From positions 62,001-126,000 of the forward strand of contig JAANOX010000243.1 in the NCBI GenBank assembly GCA_020184695.1: 64,000 nt of DNA, written 5' to 3'. The position numbers were made by a program, and so were the translations under genes. The stretch's first letter is position 1, and each line of letters starts with the position of its first letter. Below are positions 1-11,900 of the stretch, one piece after another. The notes beneath the pieces are model-generated. The model saw nothing but the letters and a program-made list of their open reading frames with translations, ran no database searches and was not told the origin of the DNA. Source of the stretch: Histomonas meleagridis 2922-C6/04-290x (Eukaryota; Protista; Parabasalia).

Positions 1-1
1 T

Positions 2-180
2 AAAGGAATTCATGTTAATGCTAATGGTATTTATTTGTTTTGTTTAAAATTTATTTTAATGATTTGATATTTCAAAATAATATTTGGAAATTATTTAAAT
101 TATTTGAAACAGCACTTATTTACGCATCCGAAAATGGTCATACAGAAATAGTTAAAATGCTTGAACAGAAAGAGACATAG
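2..180 (+). pseudogene. Ankyrin-repeat gene fragment (runs off the window start), interrupted by an 80-nt frame-breaking spacer
   Basis: nt 2-28 read KGIHVNANG; nt 109-180 read TALIYASENGHTEIVKMLEQKET* in a different frame, a typical ankyrin helix-turn-helix. Confidence 0.75.
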
Positions 181-414
181 ATATCACACATATTTTTTAC
201 ATTAAAAATTTAATATTCTGAAGCTGTGTAGTTTTTTGATATCTAAAAATCTATTACATGTAAAAAGAAAATATTTTTTATTTTTATATGATTTAATAAT
301 AATTTATTTTAAAAATTAATTTACATAAATGTTAGTGATTTCCAAGCTAAGTATTTTTAATATTATCATTAATATCGAATTTCAAAAAATAACAAAATTT
401 TTTATCATATTTAG

Positions 415-2763
415 TTATGTTTGTGTATTTTCTTCTTGGATTTCTTGATATCCGATTTTATTGAGGATGATTTGAATTTCTTTAAAGAATTGCGCATCTT
501 TTGAGGTCATTTCGAAATATTCTTGAAAAGTTTCGTTATCATCAGAAAACATTATTAACAATTCATTTGGAAAGTTTTCTGAGAAATACATCAAAATTTT
601 TATAAGTAATCGATTAAATTTATATGAAAAAATTTGAGTTTTTAAGCACAAAGAAATACATTTTAATATAATATGTGAACATTCATCAATTTCTTCTTGT
701 CTGAAAGCTTCAACCAAAAAATTTAATGAATTCATAAATGAAATTAATGTAAACGAAATATCATCTATAGAACAATTATGAAAAATATATTTAATTATTT
801 GAAATATGATATTTTTCATTTGGATGAATAATTCTTTAAAATTCATTAAGCTCATTAAAAATGTTTCAAATGTATATATTATTGTTATCAAAGGAATTTC
901 ATTATTTCTTAATATGTTAATTTGAAATTCGATAAATTTCGGAAGTATTTCATTTGGAATTAATTTCATTTTTAAAAATTGCTTTATTCCATGATATAAA
1001 ACATTAAGTTCAATCGGATTATTTCTTTGATAAATTACAAAATACATTTGAAGAACACTTTGAAGAAATACTTTATCTAAAGGAACAACAAAACATGAAA
1101 TATAACTTAAAGGAATTATTGAAGAAATTGCAATATCATTTATTGGTGAATTAAACATCTGAATAAACAATATAGAAGTTTCTTCATAATAATTTGATAA
1201 ATCTTTTTGAAATCGTTTAATAAAACAAGAAATAATTAATGATAAATCATAAACAAGCCAATTATAATTAGTTAATGATTGCACTAATAGAAAAAAAACA
1301 AATTTAAATAATGATATAATACAATAATGTGATTCTTTTATCATTTTCCTAATGATTTTAAAATGTTTTATTGTAATTAAATTTTCATAATTTAGTAAAT
1401 TTATTAACATTAATTCAAGCATTTCTTTATCATATTTCATATTAACAACTTGAAAAATTGAATAAAATAATGAATATATATGAATTGATACATTTGGTAT
1501 ATCATTAAAATGTGTTTTGACTATCAAGAAAATTCCATCAGTAATATTTTCTAAGTTTGGAATTTGCGGATTGTTCATAATCATTTTTGTAAATCCATTA
1601 GATATACAAATTATTGACCATTCTCTAATTCTTGGAATTGGATCATTTATAAGTTGTATTAGTCGTTCTAATACATGAAGGAAAATTACAGAATTTGTAT
1701 TTTTAAGGATATATGTTAATATAATTAATGATACAAATCGTTCACCATAATTTTCGGAATTAATTAATATATTTATAATTGACAATAAATCAATTTCAAT
1801 TATCTTTAAAAGAGGAAATAAAGTTGCAATTGCAGATATATGTGGTTCCCAATCTGTGTTTAAATCACATTCTGGTGGGCATGAGATTATAAATTTTATT
1901 ATATTATTAAAGAATTGATTTAAAATATCATTTGTAAATGGATATTCATCAGAATAACGTAAAAATTTCTTTGTTAATAAACAACAATGAATTAAAATTA
2001 AACGATTTGATGAATTAAAAAGATGAAATATAATTTCTATAATTCGAATGAAAAAAGGAGAAATTATTTCTGGAAAAGGAACAAATTTTTTAATACAATT
2101 CATTAAAGAAATATTTAAGTTTTCATTATTAAAAAATGAAATTAATTGTGAGAATATATTTAATGAAATTTCAGAATTTTCTTCGAAAAGTTCAGCAAAG
2201 TTTAAATTAATTAATTGAACTATTAAATTTAATACATCTATGTCTTCTATAGATTTTAAATGAAATAATATTGTTTGAATAATTTCATTAAAGATATCAA
2301 TATCTGGATAAACATTTTTTAGTAATGAATTTAATAATGCATAAATTGAAGAAATAACTTCTTTGTTTTGTGATTGTTTTAGAATTTCATTTAAAAATAA
2401 TATAGGAGAAAAATCTTTTTCATTATTAATATAATAACTTAATATGATTGAACATAATTCAGCAGAAATCAAAGAATTAATTTCATTTGAAACAATTTTT
2501 TGTATCAATAAAAAAGAAAATTGAGAATATATTTCCTTTGTATAAACTAATCCAGATATATTAGATTTAAAAAACCATAATGAAACAATAATAGTATTAT
2601 TATGAATTTCTTTTGAAAATTGGTTATTAGCTAAAATCGAAATTAAATAATTTAAAAAATCGGATGGTTGTTTAGATATTACTTCCATTAATATATTAAT
2701 TGCGTGACTTCTTTTTTCTTCATTTGGATTTTGTGACTCATTAATCAAATTTATTAAATCCAT
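415..2763 (-). CDS. Divergent importin-beta (karyopherin beta-1-like) HEAT-repeat protein
   Basis: 782-aa ORF; N-terminus resembles IBN_N; DLNTDWEPHISA ~ acidic-loop DDDWNPCKAA; LIQLINDPIPRIREWS ~ HEAT LIELMKDPSVVVRDTA. Confidence 0.7.
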   Translation of the reverse strand: MDLINLINESQNPNEEKRSHAINILMEVISKQPSDFLNYLISILANNQFSKEIHNNTIIVSLWFFKSNISGLVYTKEIYSQFSFLLIQKIVSNEINSLISAELCSIILSYYINNEKDFSPILFLNEILKQSQNKEVISSIYALLNSLLKNVYPDIDIFNEIIQTILFHLKSIEDIDVLNLIVQLINLNFAELFEENSEISLNIFSQLISFFNNENLNISLMNCIKKFVPFPEIISPFFIRIIEIIFHLFNSSNRLILIHCCLLTKKFLRYSDEYPFTNDILNQFFNNIIKFIISCPPECDLNTDWEPHISAIATLFPLLKIIEIDLLSIINILINSENYGERFVSLIILTYILKNTNSVIFLHVLERLIQLINDPIPRIREWSIICISNGFTKMIMNNPQIPNLENITDGIFLIVKTHFNDIPNVSIHIYSLFYSIFQVVNMKYDKEMLELMLINLLNYENLITIKHFKIIRKMIKESHYCIISLFKFVFFLLVQSLTNYNWLVYDLSLIISCFIKRFQKDLSNYYEETSILFIQMFNSPINDIAISSIIPLSYISCFVVPLDKVFLQSVLQMYFVIYQRNNPIELNVLYHGIKQFLKMKLIPNEILPKFIEFQINILRNNEIPLITIIYTFETFLMSLMNFKELFIQMKNIIFQIIKYIFHNCSIDDISFTLISFMNSLNFLVEAFRQEEIDECSHIILKCISLCLKTQIFSYKFNRLLIKILMYFSENFPNELLIMFSDDNETFQEYFEMTSKDAQFFKEIQIILNKIGYQEIQEENTQT

Positions 2764-2866
2764 TATTTTTTAAAAAAAGGCTGATCAAATCACGTAAACT
2801 ATACAAAAACAAAAACTGACAAAATTGAAAATGTTTCGAATTAAATTTTTTATTTTCAAACTAAAA

Positions 2867-4147
2867 TTAGTTTGTAGCCTTCGATTCGACAGCTGACTTA
2901 AAAGCGTTATACCATTTGTCAAGTTCATCACTCGAAGAATAAGCGATTACACGTTGTTTCTTTCCAATTGTTAATGTCACCACATTTGTTTTACCCTTTA
3001 AGCCTTTTGATGATTTTTCGACTTTAATCGAAGAGTCGAACAGCAAAAGGCCCTTAATTTCAGGCGCTCCTTTCTTAGATCGCCAAACCAAGCAATGGTT
3101 GTTGGGATAAAATTGAAAGAAACGGCTTTGCCACGAATTCTTTTGAAAACCGCCGAGTTTGAATGCGGTTGATTCGATGATCTCCTTCAATTGTGGCTCT
3201 GGTGCTGCCGCGACAATTGAAGGTCTCAAAGGCTCGCTTGCTTGCGGGATAGTATTATTGAACTTATCAAGACGCTTAGATAAGCTCATGGCGTTGAAAT
3301 TACCTGCTGATTTCTTAGGCTTGGCAGTAATGACATGATTAAACTCACTTACATTGGCTTGCTTACCAAAGGCATCTTGGTTAAGAAGAATACGAGTTAA
3401 TGGCGCTGACATATTCTCAGGTGGAGGTGGCGGAAGCTTTTGTTTATAAAGATAATCAAGAAGATGGGTGTTAAGAGTCTTCAGCTCTTGGCATTGTGGA
3501 ATTTTGGCTTGCATATAACCACTGTATGGAAGAAGATGTTCAATTAAATTGGGTTCAACTGTAACTACTTCATTTAGAATGCGTGTAATGAAAGAAACAA
3601 TGCCTTTGACAAGTGAAAGAAGGCATTGAATACATGTGTTGATTAATTCATCAGATTTTTTGATTATTAAAGGAATTAAATCAGTTTGATATTTTTCAAG
3701 AATGTTGAGAATTTCAGTGCTCTTTGAGGATGCAAGAAGTTTTAATAATGGTTCCAAATAATTTTGAGGTGATACTTTTGAAAAAATTGAGGTGATAGCT
3801 GGAACCGCATCTGATGGTTCAAATGTATGAGCTACGAAAGAATCGGCTTTGAAACCAATGTTTGAAGCATCAAAGCAATAAAAAAAATATGTAAGAATTG
3901 GATTGATGGCATTCGGATTAATATTTGGACCATATTTGATTACTGCTTGGACTAAACGTTCAGATAAGTCGGAATATGCAATAGATAATGATGATCTGTT
4001 ATTTAAAACAAACATGTAAAATGGTAAGTAATCAGAAAAATGATCGAAGACTTCATCCATGTTACTGACAAAGTAAGAATTGTAAAGCTTAAGAGATCTA
4101 GTGAGAGTTTTTAAATTAGTTGTTCCCAGAAGCTTTGCAATTGACAT
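2867..4147 (-). CDS. Protein with a C-terminal PH domain
   Basis: 426-aa ORF; FKLGGFQKNSWQSRFF...KGLLLF...SSDELDKWYNAFKS is a PH-domain signature. Confidence 0.8.
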   Translation of the reverse strand: MSIAKLLGTTNLKTLTRSLKLYNSYFVSNMDEVFDHFSDYLPFYMFVLNNRSSLSIAYSDLSERLVQAVIKYGPNINPNAINPILTYFFYCFDASNIGFKADSFVAHTFEPSDAVPAITSIFSKVSPQNYLEPLLKLLASSKSTEILNILEKYQTDLIPLIIKKSDELINTCIQCLLSLVKGIVSFITRILNEVVTVEPNLIEHLLPYSGYMQAKIPQCQELKTLNTHLLDYLYKQKLPPPPPENMSAPLTRILLNQDAFGKQANVSEFNHVITAKPKKSAGNFNAMSLSKRLDKFNNTIPQASEPLRPSIVAAAPEPQLKEIIESTAFKLGGFQKNSWQSRFFQFYPNNHCLVWRSKKGAPEIKGLLLFDSSIKVEKSSKGLKGKTNVVTLTIGKKQRVIAYSSSDELDKWYNAFKSAVESKATN

Positions 4148-4166
4148 TCAAATTGGAGATAACCAA

Positions 4167-4174
4167 AAAGTGAC
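4167..4174 (-). promoter_or_regulatory. Initiator (Inr)-type element GTCACTTT
   Basis: TCACT about 20 nt upstream of the ATG at 4147; matches the trichomonad Inr consensus TCAY(T/A). Confidence 0.55.
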
Positions 4175-4715
4175 AATTAAATTTGAATTGACACACAATA
4201 ATAAAAGTGACATTCTAAACGGTAAGATAAATTTCTGGAATAATAAATAAAACTAAAATAAAACATCATTAGGAACAGATCTAAATTTTTTTTGAGTGTT
4301 TTTATCAAATGCATAATAATGTTTGGTATTTTTGAAAAAGAATTTTCATTTTTTATGGTTCTTATCATTAACATACGCTCATCTTATTAAGATCATCAAA
4401 TGCTTCACCTGTTTTTTTGAAATATCTTCTTCCTCCGTGATATAAATTGTCTATAATTCTTATAATTCTAATACTTCAACAGTGAAGTAATTCATAAATA
4501 CGATATTTTGATGCAACATTATTATCTTTACATCAGTAGCATTTTGTTCATTAAACTTTCATTTTTGCTTTTAAAAATTATTTAATTAAATCACAAATAA
4601 TATTTCAAAATTCTAATAATTATTACTATTTTAGCCTTACAAGCTCAAAACACAAAAAAATATTCGTCCGATTGAGAATTCATTTTTAACAAAAAAATGT
4701 TTAATAATAATAAGT

Positions 4716-6110
4716 TCATTCTCGTAGCAACTTTTCCATCTTTCTCAACATTTTATTCGCAGTTTTCGAATCCACTTTCGTTTTTATCCACTTCAACAAA
4801 TTATCCATAATTTCTTGTGCGCTTATGCACGCTGTAAATGACCTTCCGTTATATTCTTTTGTTGCGGGCCAAATCGAAACTTGTGGCATATCTGATTCTG
4901 GTATTGAAAGTCCGGGCACATTTTCAGTGTAAGGATTAAACTCGAAGAATTTCACTGTTTTTATATCTTCGAAAGTCTTCATAGTTATCCACATGTTACG
5001 TTTTGCCTCGTTATACATTTTCATTTTGGAATCCGCAACAAATAAAACAGCATCGACATTTTCATCCAAAGCCTTTTGCATGAATTCATTTGCGCGAAGT
5101 TTTGGTATAATAATATCATCATCAACATCAGAATCTTCTTCGTCTTCTTCGATGTTTTGGATTTTAAGTTTTAACCAAGTAAGTAAATCGTTTGGAGTAT
5201 TTAACACTTTACGGAATGGTTCAAATATTTGTTGTCCATTTGGATATTTGATATTGATCAAAAAAATCGGATTTAACGAATTGGCAAGTCCGATTTGTTG
5301 TGTAATCTGTGAACATGTATTAAAGTCGCAATATTGAAAAGATAAATTACCAACAAAGTAATCGCGAGCCGCTTGCATACGAACAATGACGTCATGTAAA
5401 TGAATTGGATCTTTCTCATCAACAAGTGCTAATAATGTGTTGGGAATTGTCGCTGAGCCAACAAGTTCTTGATTTTTGATGTGAACATATGGCGATGTGG
5501 AAAGATAAACTAAATCTTCAGTATTAAGATTAGTAACTTCACGGGAAAATGATTCCTTTGGTCGAGTAAATATAGCTGGAGGAAGACCAAGTTGTTCTGA
5601 AAGTGTATCATTTGTAATTACTCCAATGTGAAATGCTCCACCATAATTATAAAGAATTTTATCGGCTTGCTGAACCATATTAGATGATAATATAAGATTG
5701 GCAGGACTTCTATGTTGGAATTTAAATACATCAAAGGTGCTATTAAGATATGTGATATCAGAAGAAATAAGTCTATCACAAAATCTTGATATACTAGAAG
5801 CAGTCCATTGTCCATAATATTTCTTAATAAGTTTGTCATGACGAAAAACAACGATTTGAGGAGAATATTCAATTCGATATTTTGCAACTATTTCAGTTGC
5901 TTCTCCTATATCAACATAAATCATACCTACTTTGCAATTGAATTTAGTGGAGAGTTCATCCATGATTGAAATGATGCTTTTACAAGGAATACAATGAACA
6001 TTTGTAAAAAGTACCATTGAATAAGGTGTTTTCTTTACTGTTGAAATGAAATTTCTATTTCCTGCTTTAATTGCTTTTGAATAAATTGCGTAGATGAAGC
6101 AAATAAACAT
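4716..6110 (-). CDS. Thioredoxin/PDI-like protein with a signal peptide
   Basis: First in-frame ATG is at 6110 (MFICFIYAIYS, hydrophobic leader); CxxC motif HCIPCK followed by thioredoxin-fold residues (YRIEYSPQIVVF); the ORF-track start at 6155 is not an ATG. Confidence 0.75.
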   Translation of the reverse strand: MFICFIYAIYSKAIKAGNRNFISTVKKTPYSMVLFTNVHCIPCKSIISIMDELSTKFNCKVGMIYVDIGEATEIVAKYRIEYSPQIVVFRHDKLIKKYYGQWTASSISRFCDRLISSDITYLNSTFDVFKFQHRSPANLILSSNMVQQADKILYNYGGAFHIGVITNDTLSEQLGLPPAIFTRPKESFSREVTNLNTEDLVYLSTSPYVHIKNQELVGSATIPNTLLALVDEKDPIHLHDVIVRMQAARDYFVGNLSFQYCDFNTCSQITQQIGLANSLNPIFLINIKYPNGQQIFEPFRKVLNTPNDLLTWLKLKIQNIEEDEEDSDVDDDIIIPKLRANEFMQKALDENVDAVLFVADSKMKMYNEAKRNMWITMKTFEDIKTVKFFEFNPYTENVPGLSIPESDMPQVSIWPATKEYNGRSFTACISAQEIMDNLLKWIKTKVDSKTANKMLRKMEKLLRE

Positions 6111-6155
6111 TTCGCTTAAAAGACCGTTTAATAATAACTTTTTTTTTGAGTGCAT

Positions 6156-6173
6156 CAGTGAAAAAATTCACAG
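6156..6173. promoter_or_regulatory. Back-to-back Inr elements in a 77-bp divergent intergenic region
   Basis: CAGTGAAAAAATTCACAG gives TCACT on the - strand and TCACA on the + strand, between ATGs at 6110 (-) and 6188 (+). Confidence 0.5.
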
Positions 6174-6187
6174 AATTGGTCGAACAA

Positions 6188-8842
6188 ATGGAAGAAGAAA
6201 AATTAGCTTATTTGTTTAAATGCACTTATACTCAACAATCTACAAGTATTGCAGATGCAACAAATGAAATTACACAATTTCTCGCAAATCCGAATTTTTA
6301 TTTATTAACAATTTCAATTATTAATAAACCTGATGTTTATGATGCACAGGTTAGAAATTGTGGAATTTACTGCTTAAAAAAAGGCATCGTTCAATATTGG
6401 GGAAACTTTCCTCCAGATTTTAAACAATTAATAATCAATCATATCCCACAAATTATAATATCATCTTCAGAAGGTATGTTAGGAAATGTTGAATCACTTT
6501 GCAGCATCATCATTAAGTCATCAGTTCTTTCTAATGAATGGCCAATTTCCTCATTTTTAGAAACTATAAATACTTTAATGAGCTCTAATGATGAACGCCA
6601 AGTAACAGCTTCACTAGTATTAATAAAATCAGTTACAAAGTACTTAAAAAATCCCAAAGATGATATGCTATCATTTTATCAATCATTTTCTGAAGCAGTT
6701 TCAGCCTTTATTCCACATTGTATTTGTAACTTTAACAACATTCTTATTCATTCTTATATTTTCCATATTGTTTCAAGATTATCTATCAAAGTCATATCAA
6801 ATGGAATTCAATCCTGTATTCCAAATCTAATTTCTTCATTCCTTACGACCATAGTTTCATTAGATCTTAACAATCCTTATTCACCTCGATACATTATTCA
6901 ATCATCAAAATTCATTGTTCATACATTAAAACTTGGATCAAATCTTATTCCTGATGAACAAAAGCTTCAAATAGTTCGTGTACTTCCACCTTTATTAGCA
7001 TATAAACAAGGCGCCAACACACGTAATTACAAAGGCAAAATAATAAAATTATTAAATGAAATTATTGTTCAAGGCAAAAACATTGATAACTTTAGTTTTG
7101 TTTTAATGCCATTAGTAACCGAAGTTATATATCCTCTCTTTTCACTCACAGAAAATGATATGGAAGAAATGCATAATGATCCTGTTACATTTGTTCAAGA
7201 GAATCATAAAATATGTCCAAATTGGGACGATACGAAAGCATCGTGCTCCCGCTTTTTGTCTAATTTATCCAAAAGTGACGCCTTTGTAGGATCCGTTTAT
7301 CAATTTGCATTAAACGTCTACCAAAGTTCGATACAAACTCCTCAAGGTCATTATCAAATATTTTCAGCATTTCATGTTCTTTCATCAGTTGTCTATAAGA
7401 CAAATAATCATGTCTTTGAATTTATCAAAGCAATTTTTCCAATGTTTAATGATAATAGTCCTATTCTTCGTTGTTCAGCTTTTTTATATCTAAGTCAAGT
7501 TCATAAGATTGAATTTAATGAAGAAATTTTACAACTTTGTTTTTCACATTTAACAGATCCATTTCCTCTTGCATCATATTATGCATCTATCTCATTTTCT
7601 AACCTTCTTAATAGTGCTATTAATACTCCATATCAAGAAAATCTTAAACAAAGTTTATTACCAAATGTCCAAAACTTATATATACATTTTTCTAAAATGG
7701 CAAGTGAATATCAAGATAGTTATTTAGCTGATGGGTTATCTAACATTGTGTTATTATTCCAAGAAGCTGTTTATCCATTTGGCGAGCAACTTTTTGCACA
7801 ATTGTTTTCATATTTCTCAGCTGCATGTATTGATGAGTTGAATGATCCATCAAACTCTGATATTTCAACAGTAACATCTGATTCACTCATTAAAATGATT
7901 GAACTCCTTGGAAAAGATCCAAATCTAAACAACTCTTTCTTTAATATTGTCTCACAAGGATTAGAGCCACTAGCGAAATCAGAGCATTTTAGTGATCTAA
8001 TGAACTTTTGCACAAAAATTATTGAAGTTTCACAAATGTTTAATGATAATTATTGGAATGTTATTCCATTAATCCTTAAAATAATCGAAACAACAAATGT
8101 TATTACATTTGATGAAGTTTGTCCATTTATTGAACAATTAATATTTAAAGATACACAACTACAAAACAAAATCGAAATAATTAATACTTTATCTCCTTTA
8201 ATTATAAATCAAATACAACAAGCATTAAATCAAAATGATGAAATCGATTCTATTTCGTTGGTTGCTTCAGCTTTAATTATTCGTTGTCCAAATAATTTAC
8301 AAATTATTCAGCCTTTAATGCAATTAATCGAAATTGCATCAAACTCGGAATTATGTTTTTATGGAGTATCAATGGTTTTTTCAGCAATAATCATAAATTA
8401 CTTCGAGTTGGCTCAAATGGCTTCACAAAACTTAATAAGAGCTTGGATCGAAGGACACGCTTATCCATTGTATATCGTTTCGATGCTAAAAATGATAAAA
8501 CCGCTGGAGCCGTTACAATGTGAAATGATCGTATCGGCTGTCAAATGTATATCCGATACCGCAAACGATGAAATTGATGAAGACTTATATGGAGGTGATG
8601 AAGATGATGATATGTTCGATGGATACTCAACAAATCCAAGTTCGTTCACTTCAGTAAGTATTAAAAGTCCTCCTCCTTGGTATAATACTAATGAGTTATT
8701 ACAACAATTTTATAATTTGTTGACTGCAATTCAAAGAGAAAATTTGCAATTGTGGCAAAACATTGGAGGCCAGTTGGAACAGACAGATATTGATTTAGTG
8801 CAATTCATGCAACAACTTCCACAAATTGCAACTAAATTGTGA
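6188..8842 (+). CDS. Importin-7/8-like karyopherin
   Basis: First ATG at 6188 (MEEEKL); IBN_N motif VRNCGIYCLKKGIVQYW; DMEEMHNDPVTFVQEN ~ DEELWEEDPYEY; acidic C-terminal patch. Confidence 0.75.
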   Translation: MEEEKLAYLFKCTYTQQSTSIADATNEITQFLANPNFYLLTISIINKPDVYDAQVRNCGIYCLKKGIVQYWGNFPPDFKQLIINHIPQIIISSSEGMLGNVESLCSIIIKSSVLSNEWPISSFLETINTLMSSNDERQVTASLVLIKSVTKYLKNPKDDMLSFYQSFSEAVSAFIPHCICNFNNILIHSYIFHIVSRLSIKVISNGIQSCIPNLISSFLTTIVSLDLNNPYSPRYIIQSSKFIVHTLKLGSNLIPDEQKLQIVRVLPPLLAYKQGANTRNYKGKIIKLLNEIIVQGKNIDNFSFVLMPLVTEVIYPLFSLTENDMEEMHNDPVTFVQENHKICPNWDDTKASCSRFLSNLSKSDAFVGSVYQFALNVYQSSIQTPQGHYQIFSAFHVLSSVVYKTNNHVFEFIKAIFPMFNDNSPILRCSAFLYLSQVHKIEFNEEILQLCFSHLTDPFPLASYYASISFSNLLNSAINTPYQENLKQSLLPNVQNLYIHFSKMASEYQDSYLADGLSNIVLLFQEAVYPFGEQLFAQLFSYFSAACIDELNDPSNSDISTVTSDSLIKMIELLGKDPNLNNSFFNIVSQGLEPLAKSEHFSDLMNFCTKIIEVSQMFNDNYWNVIPLILKIIETTNVITFDEVCPFIEQLIFKDTQLQNKIEIINTLSPLIINQIQQALNQNDEIDSISLVASALIIRCPNNLQIIQPLMQLIEIASNSELCFYGVSMVFSAIIINYFELAQMASQNLIRAWIEGHAYPLYIVSMLKMIKPLEPLQCEMIVSAVKCISDTANDEIDEDLYGGDEDDDMFDGYSTNPSSFTSVSIKSPPPWYNTNELLQQFYNLLTAIQRENLQLWQNIGGQLEQTDIDLVQFMQQLPQIATKL

Positions 8843-8993
8843 ATAGAAATGTAATAAATCTAATTATAATAATAAAATCGAATTACTTATTTTTAACTTT
8901 TTTGTTCATAAAAATGTTTTCATGTTTTGCTTCAAGTTGTAAATAATTATTTTTTTCCAAACAGACCTTCACAATTAGATAAACACGTTATAA

Positions 8994-11900
8994 ATGAATG
9001 GGGTCATAGTAACGCCGACTTTCGTTATATTTCCCCAAACTTACATTGACTCCGTTGCTAGATTTTCAGTACAAATAGAAAACCAATCAGATGAAATAAA
9101 AAAAATTTCATTTCATTCATCGAATAATGATGATGATATAGATATTGATCAAAATAATATTAATATTGATCAAAGGGACCAAGCTGTTAAGGACACTAAA
9201 TTTCAAAATGAAAATTTCTCAATTGAGCCACACCATTTAGAATTATATCCACATTCTTCTCAACAAGTTTCTATTCAATTTCATCCCACAGTTGCAATAA
9301 AATACGAAGTTATTGCTTATGTTCAAATTAATGATTTCTCAATGAGATTACCAATTTTAATTTCTGGTCAAGGATTACCACCAGTTGCATATTTTGTAAA
9401 TGACACTATAGCAATTGGACATGTTAATTTAAATTTTATTCAAGAATATGGAATTGAATTTAAGAACTCCGGAAATGTTGTTGTTGATTATGAAATGGAA
9501 GATCATGATTCATCTGTTCAAATTGACATTTCACCAAAGAAGGGGTCAATTCCTATAGGTCAGTCCATTAAGCTAAATGTTAAACTAATCGCAAATGTTG
9601 TTGGATCATTTAATGAAACATATGTTTTTAAAATTCGTGGAGCTACCACAGATTTCCCACAACTTCATTTATATGGTAAAGTTATTGGACCAACTTTTTT
9701 GGTAAATCCACCAAAAATAAATTTTGGAAATATTAGTTATGGTTTTCTTCATAAGCAAACATTTGAAATTGAAAACAAGTCCGAAATATCTTTTGATTAT
9801 CGCCTACGATTTTCACATAATGGAACCTTTGAAAGAAGAGAATTCCAAATCAATCCCGAGACTGGGACCGTTAAGGAATTCAGTAAAACCGAAATTTCGA
9901 TTGAATTCATACCAATAACCGTCGGCGAGTATTCACTTGGTTTATTTCTTGATATTTTAGTTGGTAAGAGTGGAAACAATATACAAGAAATTCCAATTAA
10001 GGCTACTTGTTTTTGTGCGACGTTTAAATTGAAATCTGAAATTTTAGATTTTGGTAATGTATTTATTGGATATAAAAATACTAAAACAATACAAATACAA
10101 AACATTTCTGATTATCCCGGAAAATTTGAATTTATTTCACCTGATAAAAATACGCAACAATATGGTATTATTGAAATTAATAAAGAGTCTGGAATTATAC
10201 CGGCGAATAATACAAAGAATTTAGAAATTACATTTACTGGTGTTTATATCGGACAAATAACAATTGATTGTTATTTCCGAATATTTGGTTCTGAAGAAGC
10301 TCCATTAAAATTAACAATAAATGCGAATTGTATTGGACCTAAAATTAATATTTCGCCAAGTAATATTAACTTTGGTAATATTGATATGTCATTAACACAT
10401 GAAAAATCATTAACAATTACAAACAATTCACTTATACCTGCATCATTTAAATCATTCTTTGATCCAAACATTGATGTTTTTAAAGTAGAACCGACAAATG
10501 GTAAAATAGAACCAAATCAATCATTAAAGTTATTAATTATAGCTGATTTAAATGATATTTCTAAATTTGTAACAAAACTTATGTTACAATTTGAACATTT
10601 AAATCCTATAGCAATTCCAATCAAAGCAAATGGTACTGGTTCACCAATATCATCATCAACGGATATGGAATTATTTGATTTTGGCGATGTTTTAATTGAT
10701 ATTAAATCGGAAAAAGTTTTTTGTTTAACAAATAAAAGTAATAAAAACTATGAAGTCCGTTGGTGGATATCTAAAAGTAAAAAAGAGAATTTAAATTTCA
10801 CATGTTATATAACACCTGATTATGTAATCATTCCACCATTTCGATCACAAAATTTTATTATTACTATTGAGTCATCGATTATCCAACAAATCCAAACGCA
10901 ATTCCAATGTTCAGTAACATTTAATAAAAATCGAATTGAACCATTTTCACCAATAATTAAAGCTAATTTCGTACAGCCAATAATTAGTTTTAATCCGACT
11001 TATTTAGAATATAAAATAATATTTAATGATAAAGATGATAATCGAACTAAAATTTCACCAATATTAAATAAATCGATAACAAAATCATTTGAAATAAAAA
11101 ATAAGTCGAAATTACCATTAACAGTAGATATTGATTGTCCAAATCCTTTTAATGCTAATAAAAAACGAATTTCATTAAATCCAGATCAAATCGAAAATGT
11201 TGAAGTAACATTTGACACAATATTTAAAAATAATTTTATCACTGAAATTATTAATCAAAAATTATTTTTAACAATAGTAAATTTTCCACAAAAGTTTTAT
11301 ATCAATTTAAAAGGAATTTTAATGTTTCCAAATATCTCATTTTCAACAGAACCTTTTATCGATTTTGGTATTAATATGATCAATTCTGAACAAGAAAGAA
11401 AAATCACATTAACAAATGAATTTAATGATATAATATATTATGAATGGGAATTAACTTCAAATAATCCTTTAAGTTATCAAGTTTTCGATATTTTCCCTTT
11501 AAGAGGTTTTATTGAAGAAGGAAAAAGTATTGATTCACATTTCGGATTTTTTGGCTTATCTAATCTTGAAGGTAAAACACAAGAATTTGAAGCTATAGCA
11601 ATATGCCATGTTAAATCAGGACCTGATTATCAAGTTAAATTAAAAGGTTCTTCTGCTACAATTACATATAAAATCGAACCATTACAAATCAAAATCGAAA
11701 ATGTTAATTTTGTCGAAGAAATTAATAAATCGATTTTTTTGACAAATACATCGAAAGTAAAATTAAAATTTTTAGTAAAAATTCCAAAAAGAAATCATTT
11801 TTCAATATTTACATCTTCACCTAAAGATGGAATTATTGAACCCAATGAATCACAAGAAATTGTATTATCAATTGTTACTGGAATTCCTCAACAATTCCAA

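Noticed and set aside
4177-4600. ORF 4177-4374 and a GTATGT possible 5' splice site at ~4371 (-)
   Set aside because: Low-complexity AT-rich sequence with no downstream ACTAAC-type branch/3' motif.
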